Notes under the pieces: generated by a model
The model's input: only the letters and a program-made list of their open reading frames with translations
Told to the model about the DNA's origin: nothing
Databases searched by the model: none
DNA from: a virus
Taxonomy: Duplodnaviria; Caudoviricetes
Virus record (IMG/VR): IMGVR_UViG_3300025270_000010
Span: 1,666-65,665 of that record
Reading direction: 5' to 3' (one strand)
DNA: 64,000 nucleotides
Shown: in pieces, positions 43,213 through 53,548 of the stretch
Numbering within the stretch: position 1 is the first letter of the stretch
How the letters are laid out: every line of letters starts with the position of its first letter
Made by a program: the position numbers and the translations under genes

Positions 43213-44244
43213 TTACATTAAGTTGGGGGTATAGGAACCTACACCGGAGGGATCAAATCTAATGGCGGGCTTGGCCGCGCCACGGTGGGCGTCCAGTTGT
43301 TCGTCGAGAACCGCACGGCACACAGCCCAATGGTAATTGGACCGCTCCACATCTGCGTTCTCCTCGGCAATGGAGCCGAGCAACGCGTGTTTGATAGCGT
43401 GCAGGCTGGACATATAAACAACGTCCGTGGTGTCGATCAGCTTTTTGAACTTCCGCTTGAGGAGCAGCCGCAGCGACATGGTCTTGCTGTTCCTGTTGTC
43501 GATCCGGTAGCGGCGGTAACGGGTGACTTGGTTCTTCTGTCGGAGGTTGTTGGCGGCTACGCGAGTCACTTCGGGGGATGAGCTTGTCTCGACCCACAGC
43601 AACTGGACAGGAGCAGGCAGTTCAACAGTTCCTACACGAATCTCACTGATACTCGTAATGTCAGTGTCGGTTGCGTGGGTCGTAAGCCAAGGGTCGGCCT
43701 CACCGCCGCAGGTAAATTGCCCCCCTTGGGCATTAGTAATTTCGGTGGAGACTTTGGACACATCTGTCCCGTTGGAGAAAGTAACATGTACCGTCCCAGA
43801 AGCGGGGAGGTTTGTGGATGGGTTGATCGGCTTCAGCCGCAAACTGTAAGTCTTCCCCGCCACAGGCTCCTCGACGGTGGCTGAGTAGCCGTCGTCCACG
43901 ATCCCGAATATGCCCAACGTGTTCTCCGTAGCCGTGTCGTCCCGACCAGCCAGTCGGTAGTCGTGGTGTTGGCTGCGGACTGAGCGGGGGAAAGAATAAT
44001 CAGTGCTGCTCCCGTCAGCGTCCACGAGAGCCGAAATAATTGATTCAGCGTTGTCGGGAATGGTGAACGTGCTGGCGTCCGTAGTGACAACTTCCTCGAA
44101 AACAAGGTCGCGCCACATACCCATATTGTAGAGACGGGGTAGGGCCAGATTCAATTCTTTCAGGAACTGGGCGGAGTTAGCGCCCTTGGACCCGCATACT
44201 TCCAGCAGGGCGTCCTCGACGCCTTGAACAGTCAATGTGGCCAT
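43213..44244 (-). CDS. probable head-tail adaptor / tail tubular protein
   Basis: 343 aa; helical termini around a beta-rich insert; follows the tail genes. Confidence 0.55.
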   Translation of the reverse strand: MATLTVQGVEDALLEVCGSKGANSAQFLKELNLALPRLYNMGMWRDLVFEEVVTTDASTFTIPDNAESIISALVDADGSSTDYSFPRSVRSQHHDYRLAGRDDTATENTLGIFGIVDDGYSATVEEPVAGKTYSLRLKPINPSTNLPASGTVHVTFSNGTDVSKVSTEITNAQGGQFTCGGEADPWLTTHATDTDITSISEIRVGTVELPAPVQLLWVETSSSPEVTRVAANNLRQKNQVTRYRRYRIDNRNSKTMSLRLLLKRKFKKLIDTTDVVYMSSLHAIKHALLGSIAEENADVERSNYHWAVCRAVLDEQLDAHRGAAKPAIRFDPSGVGSYTPNLM

Positions 44245-44249
44245 AGTTC

Positions 44250-44278
44250 AAAGTAGCAGATGGGGGGTCAAGGGTCAA
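44250..44278 (-). promoter_or_regulatory. sigma70-type promoter, leaderless
   Basis: Minus strand TTGACC-17 nt-TACTTT with the same CATCTGCTAC context as the early promoters; ATG 5 nt later. Confidence 0.75.
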
Positions 44279-44321
44279 GGGTCAGGGGGCTGGGCAGGGG
44301 GTAGTACGCCTGAAAATTGTA

Positions 44322-45005
44322 TTACGCCTCCGCAGCCCTAATATGAACTAAAATAGACCAATGAACATCACTGGATACGTCCTGTGTGACCTGTGCGTCT
44401 TCATTCACAGAGCCTAGTTTTACTCGATATGTTCCTTCTCCGGCAGCGCCATCTGCGGAATGGTTTGTTGTATCATCCGCGTCTGGTAGTCCGGTTAGTC
44501 TATTATGTGGAGCGGTTTGACCCGCACTATTATCATACGCTGGCTGCGCGGGAATGTTTACGGTAGCCGTCGTCCCGTCTACTGTCACCCAGCACTTGGT
44601 GACCCTATCGTCATCGTCAAGGTCAACTTTCCAATAGAGGTAAACGTCACCATACCCGTCCAGTTGATGGTATTTTGTGTCGTTGTCGTTAAAGTTAATC
44701 CCTGAAGACATTACCTCCCCGTCTTCCGTATCTATTGTCGGGACTTTGGCATTTAGACCTTCAATAGCCCCTTGCGTAAGTTGAATAATTACATGGGCTG
44801 AAGAATAAAGACTGTTTAATTGTTCAATCCTCCAAAGCAACTGCCCGTAAGCAACCTTGGCCCCGTCATCGCCGTGCATCAACGCGAACGCGTGCGGGCG
44901 GTGCAGGAGTTCAGGGTTTTCAGGGAGGTTCCCGCTGGCGTCGAGACTGCCGATGACAGATCCGTCAGGGTAGACGGTAGGCGACATATCTTCTAGTTCA
45001 GCCAT
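44322..45005 (-). CDS. tail-region structural protein
   Basis: 227-aa ORF within the tail operon. Confidence 0.6.
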   Translation of the reverse strand: MAELEDMSPTVYPDGSVIGSLDASGNLPENPELLHRPHAFALMHGDDGAKVAYGQLLWRIEQLNSLYSSAHVIIQLTQGAIEGLNAKVPTIDTEDGEVMSSGINFNDNDTKYHQLDGYGDVYLYWKVDLDDDDRVTKCWVTVDGTTATVNIPAQPAYDNSAGQTAPHNRLTGLPDADDTTNHSADGAAGEGTYRVKLGSVNEDAQVTQDVSSDVHWSILVHIRAAEA

Positions 45006-45008
45006 CTA

Positions 45009-46583
45009 TCAGGACGGGGGATGAACTGTTACCACTTCCAGCAGATACCCGCCACGGAAGGGCTTCTGTGTGGCTGACCCGACAAATGCGGAAGACGGCC
45101 AATCAGTAGGGCTGGATGCACGGCACCACGGTTTGGGGTGGGCATACTCACCCAGCTTATACGTAGGATGTTCTGAGCCGATAAAGTCGATCAAGGTGAT
45201 GGCCGGAGTCAGGACATTGGAGACGCTTACATTGTATTGCACCCCACTGTATTTCGCGCTGGCAGTCTTGAAGATCGTAGGAGTGGGAGGAGTGAGCGCA
45301 GCTTTGCTCCACACTTGCAGGACCGTCATCTTGGTGGGGCCACCGAAGCCGTCCTTACCCTCTTTCATGCGGACGGTCACGGCGGTCTGGCTGGAGCCGT
45401 CTTTTCTATTGGCCGTTGTGAACACCAGACTGTCCAAAACGGAGGGCCATGTGAAGTTCTGCCAAGTATCATATGTGCGGATTGTTTTGCCGTCCGGCCC
45501 ATAAGTAGTGTTTGCGGCAGATGATTGTGGGATCACATCCTGAATAGTCACCTTCCACCAGTCATTCGATAGCTGTTGAGCTTCCCAGTTCCGGCCAGCG
45601 GCATCCAAGCCCCATAATTCATCATCCGCTTGTTCTGCGAGATCCTCAATATAGCCAGTATCGGGAGACCCATTCGGGGGGTTAAACGTCTCTCCGCGAT
45701 GCACAACCTTCTCCACCATAGCCAACACGCCACCAGTAGCGGGGTCCATATTATGGTTAACGATATCGACGCGGTTAAAATAAACCCGCTGCTCGACAAC
45801 GAAGAGGCCGTCCAATTCCTGATCCCCGATGCGCTTCTGCTGGCGAGTTAGCAGGATGTAGGTGTCATTAGGGAATTTGGCGTCGGGAACATCCGGCATC
45901 CGGTCCCCCGCATTATACTTGGCGTCTGCTTCAGTGAAGTCCGATCGCAGAGTCACATACGTCCGCACTACCGTATCGTATTTGTTTCCCCCTAAATCTG
46001 CTTGGCTGTATTCAAAATTATAATCGTCTTGGTGGAGGCGATCCGCTGCGTAGTAGTATTCAAAATACAGCCCTTCGCCGTCGGCCTGCTTCACATAGCA
46101 CAGCTTGTGGATAGGGAAATTCTCCGTATCGGGGTGGGCGGTTCCGTAACTTGGGTGGGCCTTATAGACACGGGGGTTATTTGTAACAGAAAGTGTTGAG
46201 GGGGTGTCTTTAACAAAGTAAGAAAAAGTGTCTGTGTAAGATTCATCAATCGCAGTTATCTGGTGAGTCCCATTAGGACTCGTTCCTGTGTAGCCAACAT
46301 CCTCAACCGTAACTACATCCCCAACCTCAAACCCATGCCCATCGCAAGTCAGGGTAATTGTGAACCCGCTAGAATGGAACCCCGCTTCAACCGTGTCATC
46401 CGGTGTGTTGCCGGTGACTAAGGTAAAAGTGGCTTTACTGGCCCCTGTAATGGTTTTCCCTGTCCCCGCCCCAACGGTCTTGGCATCAACAGTCTCGTAG
46501 AACAACAGGTCCGCAACGCTCGGTGAGGCGAACGAGAGGACGCTCTGACGATCTGGTGACGGTTGGTTGCGTTGGAGGGGCAT
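45009..46583 (-). CDS. tail structural protein with beta-barrel insert
   Basis: 524 aa; TCDGHGFEVGDVVTV...NGT..I..TFSY insert typical of tail proteins. Confidence 0.6.
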   Translation of the reverse strand: MPLQRNQPSPDRQSVLSFASPSVADLLFYETVDAKTVGAGTGKTITGASKATFTLVTGNTPDDTVEAGFHSSGFTITLTCDGHGFEVGDVVTVEDVGYTGTSPNGTHQITAIDESYTDTFSYFVKDTPSTLSVTNNPRVYKAHPSYGTAHPDTENFPIHKLCYVKQADGEGLYFEYYYAADRLHQDDYNFEYSQADLGGNKYDTVVRTYVTLRSDFTEADAKYNAGDRMPDVPDAKFPNDTYILLTRQQKRIGDQELDGLFVVEQRVYFNRVDIVNHNMDPATGGVLAMVEKVVHRGETFNPPNGSPDTGYIEDLAEQADDELWGLDAAGRNWEAQQLSNDWWKVTIQDVIPQSSAANTTYGPDGKTIRTYDTWQNFTWPSVLDSLVFTTANRKDGSSQTAVTVRMKEGKDGFGGPTKMTVLQVWSKAALTPPTPTIFKTASAKYSGVQYNVSVSNVLTPAITLIDFIGSEHPTYKLGEYAHPKPWCRASSPTDWPSSAFVGSATQKPFRGGYLLEVVTVHPPS

Positions 46584-46595
46584 GGGACACGGTGG

Positions 46596-47531
46596 TTAAG
46601 AAGACGCCTGCCTTCGTTGTTCCTTGAGGTCTGTTATAAATAGCCCCTTGTCCCCCTCGATAACAAGGTCGAAAACTTTACTGGGGCTAACCCATATCTG
46701 GTCGTCGGGGTATTGAATGGTCGCCCCGCTGCCGTCAGCGGACATTCCGTTGAGCTTGATCAGGTAGTCTTTCGGCCACCGTGCTCGGGTGATCTTCAGG
46801 ATCTCACTTGTGTGGCGGAAGGTGCAGTTTGCCACGTTAACTCCAATTACATTATACGTAAAAAGGAGCGGCTGGTGGGTGGTCTCGGTTTCAAAATTCG
46901 TGATCGCGACTTGGTGCAGATCAGCAGCCTCCAGTCCTACTTCGCAGTTGTGGCTGGTGATGTTGTTCAATGCGAGGCTGTAGGATCGTTCAGGGAACTT
47001 GAACGCGGTAGCCCCGTTCACTGTGGCCGAAAGGCCACCGCCTTTGACGGCATCAATGAAGCAGTCACGCACCGTGTAGGTATCCCCGTGCAGGGCGAGG
47101 CCCGTTGCGGCACCAAAATTTCGCACCACCAGATTGTCCACACGGCAGCTTTGCTGTGCGCCCCTGAACGAGACCCCATTGACTCCGTCCTTGGATTCAA
47201 CATGGATCTGGTGGATACCCGCACCGAAGTTTGAATACTTTAAGTTTTCTTTCGGCTTCCGCCATGAGAGCACGGTGTTGCCCTCGAAATCGTCAGTCAC
47301 GTAGAATCCGTGGCTCGATCCAGAGTGGTGCTTCGCACGAACACTCCCCTCAATAGTAACGTGACTGTCGAGGACAAGCTCCCGCTTCAGCGGGTAGCGA
47401 TCCGTAAGGACAATGGTCCCACTGCTCTGGCCGTCTCCCGACTTTCCCAACCGATCCTGTGCTCGCTCAATGTAATCACACCAATCAATTACCTTTTCGG
47501 CGGTGGGTAATGTTTCATAGGTAGGCATCAA
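46596..47531 (-). CDS. pectate-lyase-like beta-helix tailspike / depolymerase
   Basis: VTIEG, GVSF.G, VDNLVV, LNNITS, VANCTF beta-helix rungs. Confidence 0.6.
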   Translation of the reverse strand: MMPTYETLPTAEKVIDWCDYIERAQDRLGKSGDGQSSGTIVLTDRYPLKRELVLDSHVTIEGSVRAKHHSGSSHGFYVTDDFEGNTVLSWRKPKENLKYSNFGAGIHQIHVESKDGVNGVSFRGAQQSCRVDNLVVRNFGAATGLALHGDTYTVRDCFIDAVKGGGLSATVNGATAFKFPERSYSLALNNITSHNCEVGLEAADLHQVAITNFETETTHQPLLFTYNVIGVNVANCTFRHTSEILKITRARWPKDYLIKLNGMSADGSGATIQYPDDQIWVSPSKVFDLVIEGDKGLFITDLKEQRRQASS

Positions 47532-47912
47532 TTAGGGGACGATTACGAAATCTAGAATGCCTTCAAAGAATTCATGGGGCGGTTCATCTTCCTCCGGTTC
47601 CGGTTCCGGTGGGGGTGGGTTCAGGATGGCCTCACGCTTGGCTACGTAGGTATCAACGCCGATCTCTTCAACCGTTCCGGCATCAATGGCGTCTGCGACT
47701 ACAACTTCGTCGTCATCGGTAAACCTCCATTTATCAATCGGGATTAAGCCCCAGCCGTTCTCTTCGTGGACAAGCCATTCAAATAGCGGCAGGCCGCGCT
47801 CAGTAGTCTCATTCGGGTATCCCCGCGAGCTGTCCACATAGTCCGTAAGCGCCGTGTAGGCTGCGGGGTCCACGCGGAAGAAGCGGTGAGTCTCTGAGAG
47901 CGTATTAGCCAT
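47532..47912 (-). CDS. tail-associated hypothetical protein
   Basis: 126-aa ORF, coupled. Confidence 0.6.
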   Translation of the reverse strand: MANTLSETHRFFRVDPAAYTALTDYVDSSRGYPNETTERGLPLFEWLVHEENGWGLIPIDKWRFTDDDEVVVADAIDAGTVEEIGVDTYVAKREAILNPPPPEPEPEEDEPPHEFFEGILDFVIVP

Positions 47913-47914
47913 GA

Positions 47915-48148
47915 CTATTCGGGATCATTGGGGGCGGTCCATGCTTCTCCAGAAAGAACCTCCGTGACCTGAGAGTGGGTAAGTTGATCCTTACCCACAA
48001 GGAAGGATGGCGTGGAGCCAATGAATTTCACAAAGGTCTGACTGCCGTCCACCGACCAACGCAGGGTGTTCTCTGATGTTTCAAGCACCTCGTTGAAGTC
48101 GATATTGATGACATCGGAGTCGTCGAGGATTACGTATTTTCGTTCCAT
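47915..48148 (-). CDS. small tail-fibre-associated protein
   Basis: IDFNEVLETS..TLRWSVDG..TFVKF...PSF pattern; directly follows the fibre gene. Confidence 0.65.
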   Translation of the reverse strand: MERKYVILDDSDVINIDFNEVLETSENTLRWSVDGSQTFVKFIGSTPSFLVGKDQLTHSQVTEVLSGEAWTAPNDPE

Positions 48149-48154
48149 GATTCT

Positions 48155-51100
48155 TTATGGGATATCGGTTGAGAATGTTGGTGAGTTGACAAGGGTGCCT
48201 GTATTGCCGTCGATTTCCTGAACGGAGATGTTGTCGAAAGTGATATCTGTAGTGCCTGATTGACGGTTTATCGACATAGCTGTCGTGCCTACTGCGGTGA
48301 AAACACCAGAGTAAATTCCTGTAGAAGTTATGTTTGCCTCAAGCACCACGCCGCCGCCAATGGGGGTAAGCCCACCAGTCGTAACGTCAGTTACCTCTAA
48401 TGAATACTGATACGTCTTGCCTACAACGACGGTGCCTGAATTGATGACGGTGTTGGTTCCATCAGAGATTAACCTGCACCTCCCGTCAGTGATTACAAAA
48501 TGAGCATCGGCGGTGAAAGCTGCTCCCCCGCTCGTCCACCCCACAAGGTTCACTGGTGCCGAACCATTCCAAGTGTCGGGGACCGAATTGATTGAAAAGT
48601 CCCCGTTGAGAACCAAGTCGTCCTGCTTCACGGAGACGTTGTCGAAGTAAGCATTGGTGGCGGCATTACCGGAATTCTGACATTGCACAAACAGACTGGT
48701 AGTTGTGGCCGTGATGTATTGAGTGATTGTGGTGTCAGCGGTAATGTCGCCGCTATTATAATACTCGACCCCTTCGCTTGTTGTCCCCAACTTGAACTGC
48801 ACATCCGTCGCGTTCCCAGCAGAGAATACCAAGTCTGCTGTTACTTTATAACGAGCGCCGACTACAACGGTGACTTCTTGATTGGCATACCCGTGATTAG
48901 TGCTGGCCTCGTTCGCAATCTTCAGGCGACCTCCCTCACTAGAAAGCGTGGCGCTAGTTCCCGCTGTCCAACCCGTAGTGTTGGCCCCGAATTCCCCATT
49001 GGAAACAAGCTCAGTAGTGGACACCACCCCAAGATCGCGAATCGTGGTGCCGCCAGCGTCATCGTCGTCGCCCATGCGCCACCAGCTATCCGGTGAGAAC
49101 TCCTTCAGGTCGGCTGGTGAGCCGCCGTTGTATATCTGGAGGACTTGGGCGGGGGTCAGCTCGCCGTCGAATACTGCGAACTCGTCTAGGGAGCCGTCGA
49201 ATTCCTGCGACCCCGTCTTGCCTATAAGAATTCCAGTAGTGTAGTCATTCACGGTTCCCGAAGACCCAGTGCTGTCTACCGTCTGGAGAACCCCATCGCA
49301 GTAAAGCAGACAATCCGAAATATCAGGGTGAATCACGACCGTCCAAAAGTGCCACGCATCGTCGTCCTGTGCAGAATTATCTGCCCAGTATCTGTAATAA
49401 GCACTACCCATATAAAGGATAGGCTTGTTACTCGTATGGTTAAAGCTAAATGCCCCAGTCGTAGCTCCCCCGTGGTCGAAGACCCCGTTATGCCCTGTCT
49501 CGTCGCTCTTGGCCCAGAACGAATAACTCTTCGTAGCCAATGTATCGTCGGCTGTAGTCGTCATCGACTGATCTGTCCCATTGAACAGGATACTCCGGTT
49601 GTTCCACGTAGCGTCCTCCGCAGGCACGCTGCGGGAGAAGGTGGGGACGCTCACAAGAGTGCCGTCGTTTTCGCCGGAACCTTCGTCAGTAATGGTAGTG
49701 CCTGCTCCCGAATCGTTTTCTCCAAATCTCCACCAGCCGATTGGGCTGAGAGAGGTCAAATCAGCAGGAACTCCACCGTTGTAGATGTCATTAATCTGTG
49801 CGCTGGTGAGGGTGCTAGTCCAGATTGCTGCCTCATCAATAGAACCCTCAAAATAACGATTTACGAATCCCACCCCAAATGCCAATACGTTTGCAACGAA
49901 ACTGGTATACAAGTTCGTAGCTGAAAATGTTTCAATGCCGTTTGTGTATCCTTTTATTGTGGAGCCTGACCAAGTTACGGCAATATGTCCCCATTGGCCG
50001 TCTACTGCGGTATAGTCAAGTGCGCCACTGGCAACCGACCCGGCCCCGTCAGTGGCATAGTATATGTACAAGTAAGGTGTCGGTCCTGCTTCCAGTCGGA
50101 TTCCTGTATTGATGACGCCATTACCAGTATCAAAAGCATTGTCGTAGTTAGCCCACTCTTGGGCTTTAACCCAGATAGAAATAGTTCCCGCTGATGTAAT
50201 CAGACCCGCGTCTCCAACAGTTACCGCGTCATCGGTCCCGTCAAACTCCATCGAGTAGTTGGAATAGTTCGGCGGATTATCCACCACGAATGTCGGGCTG
50301 TTGACCAGAACCCCGTCAGTGGCCGAACGAATCGCGGCGGGATTGGCTATGGCGGTGGAATTGATTGTGACCACTTGACCACTGGTAGCGGTGAAGCTGG
50401 TCACCCCTTTGTTCGCCAGTGTGAAGTTGGCATCGAGGACCGTGGTGCCATCAATGCCGTCTTTGATTATGGCTCTTTGGATTTTCCCGTTGAACGGATA
50501 GCTCCCCACGCCGTCCGTTCCAACGAAGACATCCTCCGTTCCTCCTCCCCATACCAGAGTAGATATAGTCTTGTCCGTTCCTAACTGAGCCCACGTATCC
50601 CCATCGTCCGACTGGAAGAACTGCACCCTGTCATCACTGACTCGGTGCGTCATTTTAAACCAAGTCTTTGTCGAGTCGATTGCGGCAGACGAGTCTGTGG
50701 ACACATCAGAACCGCTTCCCGTCCCTCTGTAATATCGAAACTTTCCAGTAGCCAATAGAAGAAGGGCATAACCCCGCGATGACCCACTATACTTAGTGAC
50801 CAAGTATTCGGAATCGGCAACTCCCTGCTCGCAATTAACGATGAGTTCCAAATCCCCCGCAATCGCGAGGGCAGTAGTATGTGGAGTGCTAGCGTTATTT
50901 GAATTGATTCCCGGAAGGTGCAGAGCCTCACCGTCAGTTGCGATAACGTCCGTCACGAAGTCTCCTGCCCCCGAATCGTTGTCGCCCATTCTCCACCACG
51001 AAACGAGGTCGTCCGTATACTCGTCGTAGTTTCCTTTATTCTGGTTAAGGTTGATGGGCGAACCGGAATTGTAAACCGCTGCAACGGCATCGGCATCGAG

Positions 51101-53542
51101 GGCTACGTCCCAGACGGCTACTTCATCTATGTCTCCCCCAAAAAATTCACTCGGAGAGGCGGAGTAGTTGACACACCCCGTCCTCCAAAAATCTGCAACA
51201 GTGCCAAGCGCCACAGTATCCGTGTGATCCAAGATTCCGTTAATATACACTTTTGCTGTAGTTCCGTCGTAGGTGCCAACCAAATGATACCATGTATCGT
51301 TGGAGAGAGCTGTGCTACCTCCCGAATTATCACTGGAATAATGCAACCTAATACCACTCGCCCCATAGTGGTAAAACTCAAAAACTTGACGGGCGCTCGG
51401 AGAACCTGTCCCGTAACCAAAGACACCACTAACGTCTGTCGTATCATCCCACCGCACCCATCCCGCTATTGTTCTGTTTGCAGTGCCCGTCGGAAAACTT
51501 GTGCCTGTAATCTCAACGTGCTCATCGGTCCCATTAAAGGAGAGCGCGTATTCACTCACCACCGAACCGTTAATCACAACCTCCCAGCCGCGACTCTGGA
51601 GCGCGGTGCAGGCTGCGCGGGTAGCAGGGGTGAGGTTGTCTACGTTTACGTTGTTGGAATCAATGGTGATTTCCTTGCCAGCAATCGCGGCGGTGTTGGC
51701 CGTTCCGTCTGTCGTTGCGTGAACCCCGCTTGCGGAAATGGAGAGGAGGATATTCTCGACTGATTGTTCGGTCAGGGCTGTGCAGTTATTCCATGTATTG
51801 TCGAAGCAATTAGCTGCAACGCTTGCAGGATTCCAGTCATCAAAGACACCAGCGGGGAAAGTGGTCAGGGCGGTGCACCCCTTCCATGCCCAAAAGAATT
51901 CTGCCCCTAAATTCATTCCAGTCGCATTGAAGGAAATCATGGAGGTGCAGTTTCTCCATGTCTGGTGGAAATTAGTTCCCGCCGTAAGGGGGATTGCAGG
52001 GAAAGTGGTCAGGGCGGTGCAGCCATACCATGCATAGTAGAAGTCCGTCGCTGAGTCCAGCCCTGTGGCAAGGAAGGAGGTCATGGATGTGCAGCTAGTC
52101 CATGCGTAACGGAAGGTAGTTCCCGCCGTAAGGGGGATTGCAGGGAAAGTGGTCAGGGCGGTGCACCCATACCATGCGTAGGTGAAGGTGGTTCCTGAGT
52201 CCAAACCTGTGGCGAGGAAGGAAGTCATGGAGTTGCAACCATTCCATGTGCTGTTGAAGTCAGTCCCCCTCGATAGGTTCAATGCGGGGAAGGATGTGAG
52301 GGCGGTGCAGCTTCTCCACGCTTGGGAGAAGTTGATATCGTCGCTCGCTGTGGTGCTGAACGTGCAAGCACCGAACGATGTCATCGCTGTATTGCCCGTC
52401 CACGCTCCCTCAAAATTGGTCCCCCTCGACAGATTGAGGGCGGGGAAAGAGGTGAATCTACAGTCATTCCATGCGTTCAGGAAGTTAAGGTCATCGTCCG
52501 CGTGAGTGGAGAACGTGACAGCAGGGAAAGAGGTGAAACTTGCATTGGAGCAACCACGCCATGCAGAGCCAAAATAAGTTCCCCGCGATAGGTTAAGGGC
52601 GGGGAAAGAAGTTAGTCCTGTGCAGGCACGCCATGTGCTGTTGAAGTTAACATCATCGTCCGCATGGGTGCTGAATGTGGCGGCAGGGAAAGAGGTCAGA
52701 CCCGTGCAGTCCTGCCATGTGTTAGAGAAATTAGTCCCCCTTGAAAGATTCAAGGCGGGGAAAGAGGTTAGGCTGGTGCAGCCCTGCCATGCGGAATCGA
52801 ACCGGATATCGTCGTCTCCATCGGTGCTGAATGTGAGAGCGGGGAAGGTGGTTAGTGCTGTATTATTCCATGTATTTCTGAAGTCTGTGGCGCTCGACAG
52901 GTCCACAGAGGGGAAAGAAGTCAGGGAACCGCAATCCATCCAAGCCAGAGGAATGGCCGTTACCCCGCCGAAATCCAACGCATCAAATTTCGGCGTCACA
53001 AGGTCGGCTCTATTGCGAAAGTAGTTGGTCAGGTTCCCAGTCGGATTCTTGGTCGCATTTGTGTCCTCTTCCAGATACCGGATGACCCCCGCCAGTTCCA
53101 CATCCGTAATGGCTGTGGTAAACAAAATGTAAGCGTAGAGGTCTATGCCTTGGAAGTAACCTTTCTCCCAACCCAATGCGGTAATCTCATCTACCGAATC
53201 AGCATCCACCTCATAGGCAAAGATGCCGTTCGATGTTGCAACCACCAGCACCCCTGCCTGTTCCACCGCACTATTGAACACCAACTTGTCATCAGCGGAA
53301 TCAAAGGTGATGTGATCGTCCGAAGTGTCGTGGGCTGGCTGAAGACTACCCGTGCCTTGAGCCAACGAGCGGGTCAGCGTGGACAAGCCAGCATCCGTCC
53401 ACGCCGAAACAGCACCACCATCTGTCGTGATATTAGCATTGGCGCGGAAATACAGGTAGTGGGCAACCTTGAGGGGGTTGCGTGCCATCGCCTTCCACAC
53501 AGCGAGGCCCGCCTTCAGACCTGTTCGTGGGGCATTAAGCAT
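48155..53542 (-). CDS. receptor-binding tail fibre: BspA-like LRR, LamG/ConA domains and carbohydrate-binding-like modules
   Basis: Repeats such as C.SLTSFPALNLS.GT.F..AW; LamG motifs F.GTD, G.IDE.A.W, WWRMG; two LV.NG.F..GW modules. Confidence 0.85.
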   Translation of the reverse strand: MLNAPRTGLKAGLAVWKAMARNPLKVAHYLYFRANANITTDGGAVSAWTDAGLSTLTRSLAQGTGSLQPAHDTSDDHITFDSADDKLVFNSAVEQAGVLVVATSNGIFAYEVDADSVDEITALGWEKGYFQGIDLYAYILFTTAITDVELAGVIRYLEEDTNATKNPTGNLTNYFRNRADLVTPKFDALDFGGVTAIPLAWMDCGSLTSFPSVDLSSATDFRNTWNNTALTTFPALTFSTDGDDDIRFDSAWQGCTSLTSFPALNLSRGTNFSNTWQDCTGLTSFPAATFSTHADDDVNFNSTWRACTGLTSFPALNLSRGTYFGSAWRGCSNASFTSFPAVTFSTHADDDLNFLNAWNDCRFTSFPALNLSRGTNFEGAWTGNTAMTSFGACTFSTTASDDINFSQAWRSCTALTSFPALNLSRGTDFNSTWNGCNSMTSFLATGLDSGTTFTYAWYGCTALTTFPAIPLTAGTTFRYAWTSCTSMTSFLATGLDSATDFYYAWYGCTALTTFPAIPLTAGTNFHQTWRNCTSMISFNATGMNLGAEFFWAWKGCTALTTFPAGVFDDWNPASVAANCFDNTWNNCTALTEQSVENILLSISASGVHATTDGTANTAAIAGKEITIDSNNVNVDNLTPATRAACTALQSRGWEVVINGSVVSEYALSFNGTDEHVEITGTSFPTGTANRTIAGWVRWDDTTDVSGVFGYGTGSPSARQVFEFYHYGASGIRLHYSSDNSGGSTALSNDTWYHLVGTYDGTTAKVYINGILDHTDTVALGTVADFWRTGCVNYSASPSEFFGGDIDEVAVWDVALDADAVAAVYNSGSPINLNQNKGNYDEYTDDLVSWWRMGDNDSGAGDFVTDVIATDGEALHLPGINSNNASTPHTTALAIAGDLELIVNCEQGVADSEYLVTKYSGSSRGYALLLLATGKFRYYRGTGSGSDVSTDSSAAIDSTKTWFKMTHRVSDDRVQFFQSDDGDTWAQLGTDKTISTLVWGGGTEDVFVGTDGVGSYPFNGKIQRAIIKDGIDGTTVLDANFTLANKGVTSFTATSGQVVTINSTAIANPAAIRSATDGVLVNSPTFVVDNPPNYSNYSMEFDGTDDAVTVGDAGLITSAGTISIWVKAQEWANYDNAFDTGNGVINTGIRLEAGPTPYLYIYYATDGAGSVASGALDYTAVDGQWGHIAVTWSGSTIKGYTNGIETFSATNLYTSFVANVLAFGVGFVNRYFEGSIDEAAIWTSTLTSAQINDIYNGGVPADLTSLSPIGWWRFGENDSGAGTTITDEGSGENDGTLVSVPTFSRSVPAEDATWNNRSILFNGTDQSMTTTADDTLATKSYSFWAKSDETGHNGVFDHGGATTGAFSFNHTSNKPILYMGSAYYRYWADNSAQDDDAWHFWTVVIHPDISDCLLYCDGVLQTVDSTGSSGTVNDYTTGILIGKTGSQEFDGSLDEFAVFDGELTPAQVLQIYNGGSPADLKEFSPDSWWRMGDDDDAGGTTIRDLGVVSTTELVSNGEFGANTTGWTAGTSATLSSEGGRLKIANEASTNHGYANQEVTVVVGARYKVTADLVFSAGNATDVQFKLGTTSEGVEYYNSGDITADTTITQYITATTTSLFVQCQNSGNAATNAYFDNVSVKQDDLVLNGDFSINSVPDTWNGSAPVNLVGWTSGGAAFTADAHFVITDGRCRLISDGTNTVINSGTVVVGKTYQYSLEVTDVTTGGLTPIGGGVVLEANITSTGIYSGVFTAVGTTAMSINRQSGTTDITFDNISVQEIDGNTGTLVNSPTFSTDIP
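51973..52177. repeat. near-identical 61-nt repeats with 144-nt period in the LRR region
   Basis: 51973-52033 and 52117-52177 differ at one position. Confidence 0.9.
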
Positions 53543-53548
53543 CGGAAA

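Noticed and set aside
51750-52960. Diversity-generating retroelement suggested by near-identical repeats in the fibre
   Set aside because: No reverse transcriptase, no non-coding template repeat, and the differences are not adenine-specific
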